A stretch of DNA of 64,000 nucleotides, taken from contig CAUYUJ010000248.1 in assembly GCA_963575745.1 (NCBI GenBank), positions 496,001 to 560,000 of the forward strand, written 5' to 3'. The DNA comes from Prorocentrum cordatum (Eukaryota). Within the stretch, counting starts at the first letter, position 1. Every line of letters begins with the position of its first letter. Both the position numbers and the translations under genes were made by a program. The notes beneath the pieces were generated by a model, which saw only the letters and a program-made list of their open reading frames with translations, was not told where the DNA came from and made no database searches. This document shows, piece after piece, positions 39,894-51,135 of this stretch.

Positions 39894-40429
39894 GAGGTGG
39901 CAACGTAACCTAGTGTCGGAAGCCTCTCAAAAAGTAAAATCTGATGCGGCTAAAACGAGCTATGAGGTGGCAATGGCAGCGGGATGGTCGACAAGTGTTG
40001 CCTCGGAGCGCCCCCACTGCGCGATAGTGAACGCCCGTGCCTTGACCTGGGGGGCGTGCTCCCCTCACCCCCCGCACCAAGTGCCAGCCTGAGGCGAAGC
40101 GGGAGGGCGCGCGAGAGGCTGGAGGACGTAGAGAGAATGAGTGCAAACCGAAGCAGGAGGGGCTAGTGGGCAGGGGGAGGTCACACCTTACAACGATGAG
40201 CGGCAACGCCACCTGAACGCAAAGTGATCGCGGCATGGGATGATCAAAACACTCCGACCTGAGTCGCAACGATTTCTCTCTGCTCGCCTGAGCGCGCTGT
40301 GAGCTGTTCAGGCCTGTCGCCTGAACTCCCCAGGGGACTCTCGAGCGCTCGCTCCAACGTCTCCTGAGCAGTTGGAGCCGCACAAGATGAAAACATAATG
40401 GGTTCCAACTGCGTTTGAATAACATCCGC

Positions 40430-40522
40430 TCGAGATGCTCACAGCGCGTTCAGGCCACAGGCCTGAACTGCTCACAGCGCGTTCGAGCACATGCCTGAAC
40501 TGCTCACAGCGCGTTCAGGCCA
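40430..40522. repeat. ~31-bp tandem repeat x3
   Basis: TGCTCACAGCGCGTTC at ~40436, 40469, 40501. Confidence 0.8.
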
Positions 40523-40870
40523 AAGGCGCCTCCGAGCATGCCTGACCCACTGGCGTCCCAAGTACAGGCGCTTTCAACCTTGAGGCGCCCTCGCCACTAT
40601 GTTTTTTGCTCTGCTGAGACTGCGATGCAACTGCCAACGTGAATCCCCCAATGCACAACGTGCGCGTCGGTGCGGAGCCACCGATGCAATGCGCTGCCAA
40701 CCTAAAGCGAGCGCGCCAGAGCAATATTCACAAATTAACGCGTGCGCCGCAGCCTGTCGCCGCGCCCCTTGTCACGCACATGCCCAGAAAGCGCCCCTCC
40801 CAATGGGCAGCCACACGGACCGCTTGCAAGCCGAGCGATCACCGCTAGTGCACAGCCGAGGAGCCTCGGC

Positions 40871-41572
40871 CTAATCCGAGATCGGCTGATTGCGAAACTT
40901 AGTGTAAACGTCCTCTAGCACCTCAGCCAAAGTATTGACATGAGCCTGCACGGCCTCCACATCATAAGGGTCTGGAAACGGAACGGGAAAGGACTTCTGG
41001 ACCCACTTGCCCTTCTTTGTGTCCCAGTAGCTGGTAGTGACAGAGTGCCGAGATGCCAACCATGAGACGTGTTCCTGAGAGATGGTCGACAGCCACTTCT
41101 TCTCTGGCTGGTGGGCTGGCTCTTTCTGAAGAAGGGCGATGCTTTCGGCACTGAATTCAATCCACAGCATGCCTCGGTCCGCAGCGGTCGAGAGGACGTT
41201 CACCGAATGACTCCCGCCATCGACTGTCTGGACTTCCAACGTCACGTAGGCTGGAATCTCGTCCTTGAGATCCTTCTTGGCGCGCTTCACTGCTGGTGCG
41301 TCGCCGTCCTGGTCCAACAACTGCTGGGGAGCTGGCTCAACTACCTGCTTCATCAGATCATGTCATTTTGTGTTCCGAGCTTCAATTAGGTAATCGACCA
41401 TCTTGAATGAGCGGCCAAGGAGTTTGGCAAGCTTCGCATCGCGCCGATCGATCGGGACGAACGATTGGTCCGATGTAGGCTCATGGACAGGCTTGGTCGC
41501 CCAAGAATTGGACGGTGACGGTACCGTGCCCGACTTGCATACCAACGTCCAGCCATGACAGAGCGAAACCAT
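40871..41572 (-). pseudogene. Transposon accessory ORF (233 codons) interrupted by one in-frame TGA
   Basis: ORFs 41363-41572 and 40871-41353 share a frame: ..ARNTK*HDLMKQVV.. Confidence 0.7.
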
Positions 41573-42621
41573 TATTACGATGTGTCGGGGCTTAGTGCAA
41601 CAGCTAACAGGCTCAAGTACAGCGAACCCTTGCCAGCTAAAACAGCTTCGGCATCGGACGACCCCATCTGCCCTAATTGTGATGTGTCTCTATCGATTCT
41701 TTTGCCCCTCCTCCCCTCCCCTCCCCCACAATGCTCGAGTGAGGGCCTCGACGCAAGCAAGCAAGCAACTGCGGTACCTGGCCCCCCTGGCGCCCATCGG
41801 AGGGGGAGCGGGATGTGGAAGACGAGAGGGGAGGGACTCGGTGGGAAGATGAAGGTACCATGATAAGGAAGATGAGGGGATGAGGACGAGCATGCTATAG
41901 GGAAGACGAGGTAGCGATGCTCGACTACGTTCGCTCGTGGGCCACGTTGGGACATGCAAGCCAGAGGGCATAGCCGAAGCTCGTGCGTTGCTCAGCCCAT
42001 CCACCCAGAAACTCGGTCGATACCAGATGTTGTCGCTCGATTTGCTCGTTCGCTTCCACTTGTCATTCCTCCTCCTCCCCTATCGCCCTCCACCCCCTCA
42101 TCCCTCACCCCCTCCTCCCTCTAATTTCCTTTCATCCTCCCCCCTCCCTTCCCCTCTGCCCTCTCATAGCCCCAGACTAATCGAAGGGGGGGGGGGGGGG
42201 GTTGCTTCGCCTCTACCCTCGCCCCTGCCCGCCTTATATTTCAGCCACACAGAGGCCAATGATAATCCACTCGCACTCTTAGGTATCTGGCCAGCCGCAA
42301 TCGCCCAAGCGAAACTGTAAGTGCCAGGCGCGCGACATGCTGCGTAAACACGCGCGCCGAACCATGCAACTCACGCTACGTTTGCACACCACGAGTGCCG
42401 TCCACGACGGTCTCCCTGCTCTACAGCCATCGCGAGGCAAGAAATCTCATTCCTCCCCATCTTTGAAAACTATACCTCCCCTATCCCATCCATCAACTCA
42501 CAGCGGGCTGGAGCACTGGAGCAAATACCTAGCTACGGGGCCCCGCGACGCCCATCACCGATGCCGCACCCCTATGAGTGCTGCAAGGGCTGAAGCACGA
42601 CCGACCAGCGCATGGCCACCC

Positions 42622-45600
42622 TCAACGCGACTTACGAGACTTCGAGGGCCCAGAAGCGTCTGGCGCGGCCCTCTTCTTGGGGCTCGGGCTAGCCTTGGAA
42701 TTTTTCTTGGGCGATTTGATCGTTGCAATCCTCGGGTCGGCTGTTTTCTGGAACAGCTCCTGGCCCTTCGAAAGCTTCTTAGTGTTAGAGATGACAGGCA
42801 GCCTAAGAGTGCAATTGAGATAACAATCCTCACGCTGACAACGCACATCTATGTACTTGGGGGCCATGTTAGCCAGCGACGCGTCCTGCGTCCCAGGGAC
42901 GCAGTGGTACGGCACAATGAATGTATCGGCACTGGCATCCGATCCCTCTTGCGGGAGATCGCACTTAGGCACTAGGTACAGAAAGTGGGGGTTGCTATAC
43001 CACGTGGGGGCGCCAGGGACAAGAATAGCGTTCGTAGGCACGGAGGTGGAAAACCCTACGGTACTGCACAAAGGCACGAGCACGAGCTCTCCTGGTTTGT
43101 ACGCCTTGTCGGCGATCACCGACTTCCCCGTCTTGGCGACGACGATGGTGACGCACACGTCGCCCATGTGCTTCGCGAAGAGGTCGGCGATAGCAATGCG
43201 CACCTGGGGGCGGCGCGGGGGTCGCGGGACGTCGGGGGAGGCCGAGGACAATGGTCAGAAACAACGTTAACAGCGTGCGGAGACCATCGACTAAATGGGG
43301 TGCGAAGGAGATATGGGGATACCCACAGCAAAACCATAACAAAATGGCCGACCTAGACCCCCTCATCCCCGCATTCTCCCCCCCCCCCCCCCCAGCCCTC
43401 CCATTTAAGCTGGGGATGTTCGACGTTTTCGTTATCAGAGGGCTCCCTTCACCAACGGATGACACACGTTGAAACGCTAGCGAAAACTAACATCAGTATA
43501 ACTTATGTTTTACCCTGCACGCCCCTCTCCCCCTCCATATTTCCTCATCTTCCAACCTCCTACTCCTCAGCATCATCTTTCCGCCTCCTCCTCCCCATCC
43601 GCCCTCCCCCCCCTCCGTAGCTATCTTGGCCCAAGCCGCGGCGGCGCAAGAGAGAGAGAGCGCGCCTGCGACTTCAGCATCTCGGAGCCGAGGTCCTTGT
43701 GCCTCATGGGGTTCTGCTGGGCGTTCGCGGGGTCCACCTTAATCTCGAACTTCTCGGACTCCACGTGCACCTATCGGCAGGGGCGGGCGCAGGGGCGACC
43801 ACGGACCAAATCTTTTGACACAGCTGGTTCAAAAGATTTGGTCGTCGTCGTCGTCGTCGTCATCGTCGTCGTCGACGTCGTCGTCGTCGTCGCCCCGCAA
43901 TCCACCAAATCGGCCGTTGCCCCAGCAGGTGCACCACTGCGCCATAGGATGCGCCATCAGCTCCGCCATAGGATGCGCCTGACACCCCCCAGTCCACCTA
44001 ATCGCTAGCCGACTCATCGGTGTTTCGAATGGGGTGGAGGGAGATGCGAGAAGCACGGCACCTTATACTCATCCATGAGCTTGCTCGTGGTGATCGTGAT
44101 GGGCTTGGCCTTCCCCTTCCCCTTGCCCTTGCACTTGCCCTTCGGGGCATCGGTGTCCTTGGAAAGCTTGACCTCGCAGCCCTTGATCTCGACGATCTTG
44201 TAGATGCCGTCGTCGCCCGACTGCGCCTTCACCAAGACGCCGACGTCGAAGCCGAGGTCGGTAATCACCTTGCCGTCGACGACCATCTGCCCACCAGCAG
44301 ACTGGACGTACTCGACGAAGCCGCCCGAAGGGGCAGCAGCGTTGGTAGTGTCCTTTTCCGTGGTCCAGGGGGGCGTCACATTGGCAGCAAGTGGGCACGC
44401 GATGCACAGCTCCTCAATGAACTTGGCCTTGATCTCGTCCAGGGTTCCGTATACCTTCCGCCCCTTTGCCTTTTTGGCCATAACCATCATCACGCAACGA
44501 ACTTGAAAATCGCCTGCAAGTTTGGCGGCTGCCACGGCCGCTAAACCAGTGATCGTCTTCATGAACGCGTCCACCTCCCCAAAGACGACGTCGCACGCCA
44601 TGACCTGCACGTGCTTCTTGCCCGTGTGCTGCAGCTCGGCGAGGTCGCTGCCAGTAATCATGTTAGACACTCCGTCTTTGCAAAACGTATCTGGTGCAAC
44701 GAGGCACGCCTTCAAGCATGCTACGATCCACCGTGGGGCGCAGGCCAGCTGGGCGCCCGCCAGCGCCGTGAAGGTCTTCGTCGAGACGTCCTTCCTCTCG
44801 TCGCCGATGCACTTGGAGTAGTTGACGATCTCAGTCAGGAAAGGGCCGTCCCCCCCCCGCTCCACTTCTCGACGAAGCTGCACATACTCCTCACGTGCCC
44901 GCGAAGGGCGGGCTTCGACTTCTCAAGTCGGGCAGTGATGCCATCCCAGTCCGCGTCCTTCTTCATCGCCAGGTTTGTCGAAGCCCACTGGGGTCGGTGG
45001 CAAGTGAAACGCAAAAACAAATATCTTTTTTGGGTGCACCCAAAAAAAGATATTTGTTTTTGCATTTCGGATGCCACCAAGGACCTTGTGGATACGCTGC
45101 AACGTTTGCATCTTGGACTCGTGGCGGTACGAAGCGTGCGTCTCGTTGAACGCCTCCTGCAACAGAGATGCTAAGCCCTCAAACTTCTCCTTCACTTCCC
45201 ACTTGATCACGAGGAAGCGCATCCCCTGGGTCATCGGGATGCTGTAGGACGACGCCTTGCCCAGAACCAAATCTTTAGAAATCGTGCCGTCGGACATGCA
45301 GATCTCAGGATTGATGCCCTTGGCACCGTACATCGCACACCTCACGGTCGCAACGGTGTGGGACGCGGCGACGGTCAAGTATTTTAAGTCCGAGTCGGTG
45401 AACGGCACTAGGTAGCCACCACTGCGCTCCCACAAATCCTTATTGAATGTCCATGCCTCCATGCCCTTATCACCAGGGGCCCTCTCGAAACACGTCGCCT
45501 GCCTGCACTCTTCTGGGTCGAAACCTGCGTTGAGCAACTTGTCCAGTAATTCGTGCACGTCTGCCACTTCTAATCCCAAGCCCCAGCGGTTGCTATTGTC

Positions 45601-45768
45601 CGTCCCACAGAACTGCGCGGGCAACTGCTGAAAATACGCCAACCCATGTTCAAGCAGCAGGTTGCAAATCTTCCGTACCTCAGCTTTGATTTGGTTTTGC
45701 ATTCCATTTTCTCCAGCAGTGCCAGAAAATCTGTCGATGATCGGCTTGATGGTTGGCTCTACTTTATC
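42622..45768 (-). CDS. Multi-exon gene: ParB/Srx-like N-terminal domain and degenerate SET-like C-terminal domain
   Basis: Exons 45768-45085, 44987-44062 (frameshift in a G9 run ~44855), 43770-43666 and 43203-42622 splice in frame (GT-AG, GT-AG, GC-AG). Motifs SNRWGLG..VHELL..GF..YLTVAASHT; GKSVIADKAYKPGELVL..ANM..PVISNTKKLSKGQEL. A further 5' exon is likely (TAG|GAT at 45769). Confidence 0.7.
43614..43635 (+). other. Degenerate SL, antisense within intron 43204-43665
   Basis: TCCGTAGCTATCTTGGCCCAAG, 19/22, preceded by a C/CCT-rich tract. Confidence 0.8.
44988..45084 (-). other. 97-bp palindromic GT-AG intron
   Basis: GGTGGCA...GCAAAAACAAATATCTTTTTTGGGTGCACCCAAAAAAAGATATTTGTTTTTGC...TGCCACC; splicing gives RIHK|WASTN in frame. 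Confidence 0.85.
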
Positions 45769-46577
45769 CTATGCTTCGTGCACAGCGATAGTAACCATGA
45801 GGCGATCGTTTACGGGTACCCCGAACATGAACGATCTGCGAAGAGCCCAAAACAGCTATATACAGGATTGACCACGATGGTAATTACCATCCTCGCACAC
45901 AAAAACTACACCTCGGCGAACAATATCTTACACAAATGTGGTCTCCAATAACGCAATTATCCCCGCACAACAAAAAATTCTGCACGCACCTGCGGAAAAA
46001 ATCAACTGATCTATGTTTTTGTTCATATCTATCCTGGTTGCTATCCTGGTTGCTATCCTGTTTGCTGAACTACTTAGTAACCCCCCCAACCTCCTTATCA
46101 TCCACATACATATATATAGTAAGCCCAAGCGTAAGTACGCTAAGCGTTTACAAACCTACAAAGATCCACAATGGTAAACACCGTCTGTAGTTAGTGTGGA
46201 TGAACAAACCTCCGTAAACGAATCCGCTGGTTAGGAAACGCATGCGGCACATGTATGTTGTATGTGGAACTTATATGTACGTTATATCAATGATGTATGT
46301 TGTATGTATGCAACTTATATGGGCGCGGTGCGGATGGTAAGCAGGGCGACGATCTCAGTAGTGGTAGGGTTCGCATGTGGCCCCCTATCCAGGGAATGCG
46401 TCGAGACCTCCGGGGGGCGGCGTCATGAGCAATTCAGGACGTCGTGGGTTCTGGGATCCCCGAGCACCGCCCGAGAAGTTTGGCCGTTCGGAACAGGTGG
46501 GCAGCTCCAGGGTTCGCCCGACGCACCCCTATCGAGGCTGGGCGCGCCACCATTGTATAGCACAGGGTTGGATCCCG

Positions 46578-46786
46578 TCCTCCTCCTCCTCCTCCTCCTT
46601 CTCCTCCTCCTCCTCCTCCTCTCCTCTCCCTCCTCCTCCTCCCCTCCTACGCTGGGCTCCTCCTCCTCCTCCTCCTCCTCCTCCTCCTCCTCCTCCTCCT
46701 CCTCCTCCCCCTCCCCCTCCTCCTCCCCCTCCTCCTCCTCCTCCCCCTCCTCCCTCTCCCCTCCCTCTCCCCCTCCTCCCCCCCCT
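46578..46786. repeat. (CCT)n microsatellite
   Basis: Direct reading. Confidence 0.95.
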
Positions 46787-47666
46787 CGAAGTCGGAGATT
46801 GGGGTCGCGGGTGGGGGGGCGGGCGGGGTGAAGGGAACTGGGGAAGGAAGAGAGTCACCAGTGCCGCTGCCCGTCCCCCGTTGTGGGACTTCTTGCCGGA
46901 GTGACCTTCCCCGAGGGCCTGGCGACCTTATTTGTTCTCGAGCCGGGCGTCTCCGCCCCCATCGTCGGGCCCCGGGAGCGGTCCGGCTCGAAGGATGATG
47001 CAGAAGCATGGGGTCATAGGGCTCCGGCCGTGACTTTTCACGATGTTTCAATATTTCAAGGAGACGTCGGATCTCCAGGCTTGGTGCGGGCCCAATGGCT
47101 CCCCCCCCGGTCGCGGCACGCGATGCGACAGCAGCGACCTGCGCGCCTGGCGGTGTCATCCAAAGGCCCCCTACTTTGGGCAGCGCACAGCAGACCGCTC
47201 TTGCCTGGAGAGTCACTCCTGCGTGCAGCTTGGCATCCCTCGGGCGTGTGTATTTCTTCTCGGCGGGGACCATCGACATGCATCCTGGAGCATCGAGCAT
47301 CGATGACGGGCTTGTTTTCCACCGCCACCATCACCATAAGTCGGAGGGTGGAAGGAGGTGGAGGATGACGAGAAGTACGAAGAGGTGGAGAAGGAGCAGG
47401 AGGAGGAGGAGGACCAGGAGGAGGACCCCCTCCCCCCTACTTAGTACCCACTTATGGTGGTGTCGGTGGAAAACAAGCCCACCAATCGAGCACCATTACG
47501 CGCGAAGTCGAAGACAATGCACGGGGGCGGGACGTCCGAGCAGGCAGACGAGAGGGGCCCTCGTCACCACGGCTGGATACACCTCGGGCTCTTCCCCGGT
47601 TGGAGAGCACCCCCAAGGGAAAGGGACGGCCTCAGTGCACTAGGGCAGTGCAGGGGGGTACGCGCG

Positions 47667-48145
47667 CCTCCTCCTCCCCCCCTCCTCTTTCTCCTCCTCC
47701 TCTTCCTCCTCCTCGCCCTCTCCCGCCTGCTCCTCCTCCTCCTCCTCCTCCTTCTCCTCCTCCTCCTCCTTCTCCTCCTGCTCCGTCTCCTTCTCCTCCT
47801 CCTCCTCCTCCTCCTCCTCCTTCTCCTCCTCCTCCTCCTCTCCTCCTCCTCCCCTCCTCCTCCTCCTCCTCCTCCTCCCCATCCTCTTCCTCCTCGTCTT
47901 TCTCCTTCTCCTGCTCCTTCTCCTCTTCCTCCTCCTCCTCCTTCCTCTCCTCCTCCTGCTCCACCTCCTCCTACTTCTCATCCTCCTCCTCCTCGCCCCC
48001 CCCCCCTCCCTCCTCCTCCTCCTCCTCCTCCTCCTCCTCCTCCTCCTCCTCCTCCTCCTCCTTCTCCTCCTCCTCCTCCGCCTCCTCCTCCTCCTCCTCC
48101 TCCTCCTCCTCCTCCTCCTCCTCCTCCTCCTCCTCCTCTCCCCCC
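47667..48145. repeat. (CCT)n microsatellite
   Basis: Direct reading. Confidence 0.95.
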
Positions 48146-48348
48146 TTATGTCGCGATTGTGTCTCAAGCGGGCGCAGCTGTATAGCCTCATTTGGCCGTC
48201 TTCTCACATCTCTCGCCGTATGGCCCTGCCCCATGAATAGGTCGATCAGTTGCGCGATGAGCTCCTTCGGGAGATTGCCAGCGCAGCGGACCAGCACTTC
48301 GAAGGTATCCCCGCCAGCGCCCGTTGACATGGCTACTTACCCAGCGAC

Positions 48349-49355
48349 ATGCGCAGCAAGATCATCAAGATCAACTTCTGCTACAACCTCGTCATGCGCA
48401 TCACCTCCAGCAGCGTGACTGACTACGTCAACGAGGTGACTTCGAAACTCAAGTATGGCGACTTCGAGTCCGAAGGCGCTCCCATCGACACGGCCGCACT
48501 TCCGCAGCACGCGTCTTCTGCCTGCAATTCGGGAGTGGAGCCGCCCGCGTTGCACACCTGCGACACGAGCAGCACTGGAGAGGGTGAGGACGAGAGCTTG
48601 GACACAAGCGCCAGCGAGGACGGCGTGGACGAGAACTTGGCCAACGACCTTCATAGCGGTATGGAGGACAAGCTTATTTCGCTAGCGCGCGAGGAGTTCG
48701 ACATTGGAGACGGGGTTAAAGTCAGCACTCAGACATTCGATTCGTTTCCGCTCTCGCATCCTGGGTGAACCAGCCCAGCTTTTTCCCGAGGCGCTCGATC
48801 ACATGGTGGGTGCGGTGACCGAGAGCTTCTACAGGCTCCAAACAGCTTGCGATGCACTTTGTCAGGCCGGCGTTGCTTGGTCCGGTTGCGCGGCCGAGCT
48901 TGCCGGCTCTGCGGCCCACTCTATTCCTGAAGAGTTTTTTGCGCGAGGATGTTAACATGGGAGAGTCGGCCCCGACCTTTCTAGATCACTTGGAAGAGAG
49001 GCAGGCGTTCACGAAGTCGTTTCTGCACGGGTTCCGGGCATTGGCTGTCATAGCTGACCTCAACTTCCCTGCCGACGCAGACCACGACTACCTCGAGCTC
49101 GCCTTCGACGGCGGTGCCCTTCTGTATTCTGAGAGGCTGGATGGCGACCCTGAGTCGTGGCCAGCCCTTCCTCCTCCTCCGCCCCTCCCCTCGCTTTGCA
49201 TAGTGTTAGATCAGTTTCCGCATGAATGTGCCCTTGTATACTTTGCTCCTCAGGTATGGTTGAATGTGCAGCGCCGTCGCCCTTATTATCTTCGATGTGC
49301 TTGTGCAGCGTCATCCGCTTGCTCTGCATCGTCTGTAATGCGAATGCCATTGTGA
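48349..49355 (+). pseudogene. Possible frameshifted hypothetical gene
   Basis: Overlapping protein-like ORFs 48349-48768, 48704-48955 and 48852-49355; no domain recognised. Confidence 0.3.
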
Positions 49356-50189
49356 TGATTGGGACAGGAGCCTTGGGGACTCTGCTGGTCACGGTACCGT
49401 AGTTGGGTCGGGCCGGCCAATCTCATTGCTGTTTCTCAAGGGCGAGTGAGTTCCTCGTCCCCCCCCCGCAGGAGGGACAGGACGGGCAGCAGCTGGGGGC
49501 CCCAGCTGGCGCGCGCCCCTCTTCCAGCCCCCAAGGAGTGGCCGTTGCCTGAGAGCCGACGCCTTTACACAAGTGCAGCATCGCGCAGACTTCTGCCTCC
49601 TCCACCTCCTCCGCCTCCGTCTCCTCCTCCGCCTCCTCCTCTTCCTCCGCCTCGTCCGCCTCCGCCTCCTCCTCCTTTTCCGCCTCTTTCTCCTTCTCCG
49701 TGCCAGGGGAGGCTGCGCGGGAAGGTCCACATCCCGCCTCCCATGGCCTTTTTGGGGCTGGCCGCCCTGCTGCCGAGGTGGGGGGGAGGGAGCGCGCCGA
49801 CCCTGCCAGGCCCGGGCCCCTGATGCCGTCCTGTCCCCTTAGCCCCCCCCCGGGAACCCTTCAGAATTGTGTATGTGTGGGGGGCAGCGATCGTGCCTCT
49901 CCAGCTAGCAGCCATTTCTGGGCGCACGGCCGCCCCTCACACTCGACCCCCAAACTCGCACTGCATACTCGCAATTCGCACTCGCACCCCGCACTCGCCC
50001 CCGCACTCGCCCCCCGCACTGTGCGCCCACACTCGCACTTCATACTCGCACCCCGCACTCGCACCCACACTCACCCCTAACGCTTTACGCCCACACGACA
50101 CGAACGCGAGACGCGGGTCAACTCGGCGCACTAAGTCGGGGACGCCCACCCCACGCACACTTCGCATTCGAGGGATCAGCTCGGACACC

Positions 50190-50780
50190 CAACTCGCGAA
50201 ATCCATTCGGCACCTCCAATCGCGAAACCAAGGCGGCAAGTCAACTTGGCACACCAATTTGCGAACTCAACTCGGCAGGCCACCCCGCGAAATCAACACG
50301 ACAAATCATTGTTGAATATCAATTCTGTAAATGAATTCGGCAAAGCAACTCGGGAAATCAATTCGGCAAACCAATTCGGGAAATCAACCCGGGAACTCAA
50401 CTCTGGAACTGAACTCAGGGAGCCAACTCACACTTCGCAGTTGTAATGGTAAGTCAAAGCCCAAGAAGTCAACGCCAATTAAATTCGCCATCCCAGCGTT
50501 CCGTGCAAGCCATCTCTGTAAATCAATTTGGCAAATAATTTCTGTGAACCACCTACTCTGCAAAGCAACTTTGTAAATCATCTCTGTAAACCAAGTCGGC
50601 AAATCAATGTTGTAAATCAACTCGGCAATTCAACTCTGTAAACCAACTCGGCAAATCAACTCGGCAAAGCAACTCGGGAAATCAAGCCGGCACATCAACT
50701 CTGCCAAATCAGTTCGGTAAACCAATTATGTAAATCACTTCGGGAGATCAACTCGTCTAATCAACTCGGTAGACCAATTC
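50190..50780. repeat. Degenerate ~13-bp AACTCGGCAAATC minisatellite
   Basis: Clearest at 50615-50700. Confidence 0.75.
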
Positions 50781-50814
50781 GGGGTTTGGTGCGGGGTGTG
50801 AGTGTGGGGTGCGA

Positions 50815-51135
<321 letters not shown>

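Larger units (their letters stand above)
34561..46358 (-). mobile_element. ~11.8-kb CMC/EnSpm(CACTA)-like DNA transposon with four co-oriented genes
   Basis: Imperfect TIRs (19/26; both ends start CTGAGAT.GTC); TA on both sides (34559-60, 46359-60). Removing it restores the host palindrome. Encodes a transposase. Confidence 0.85.
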
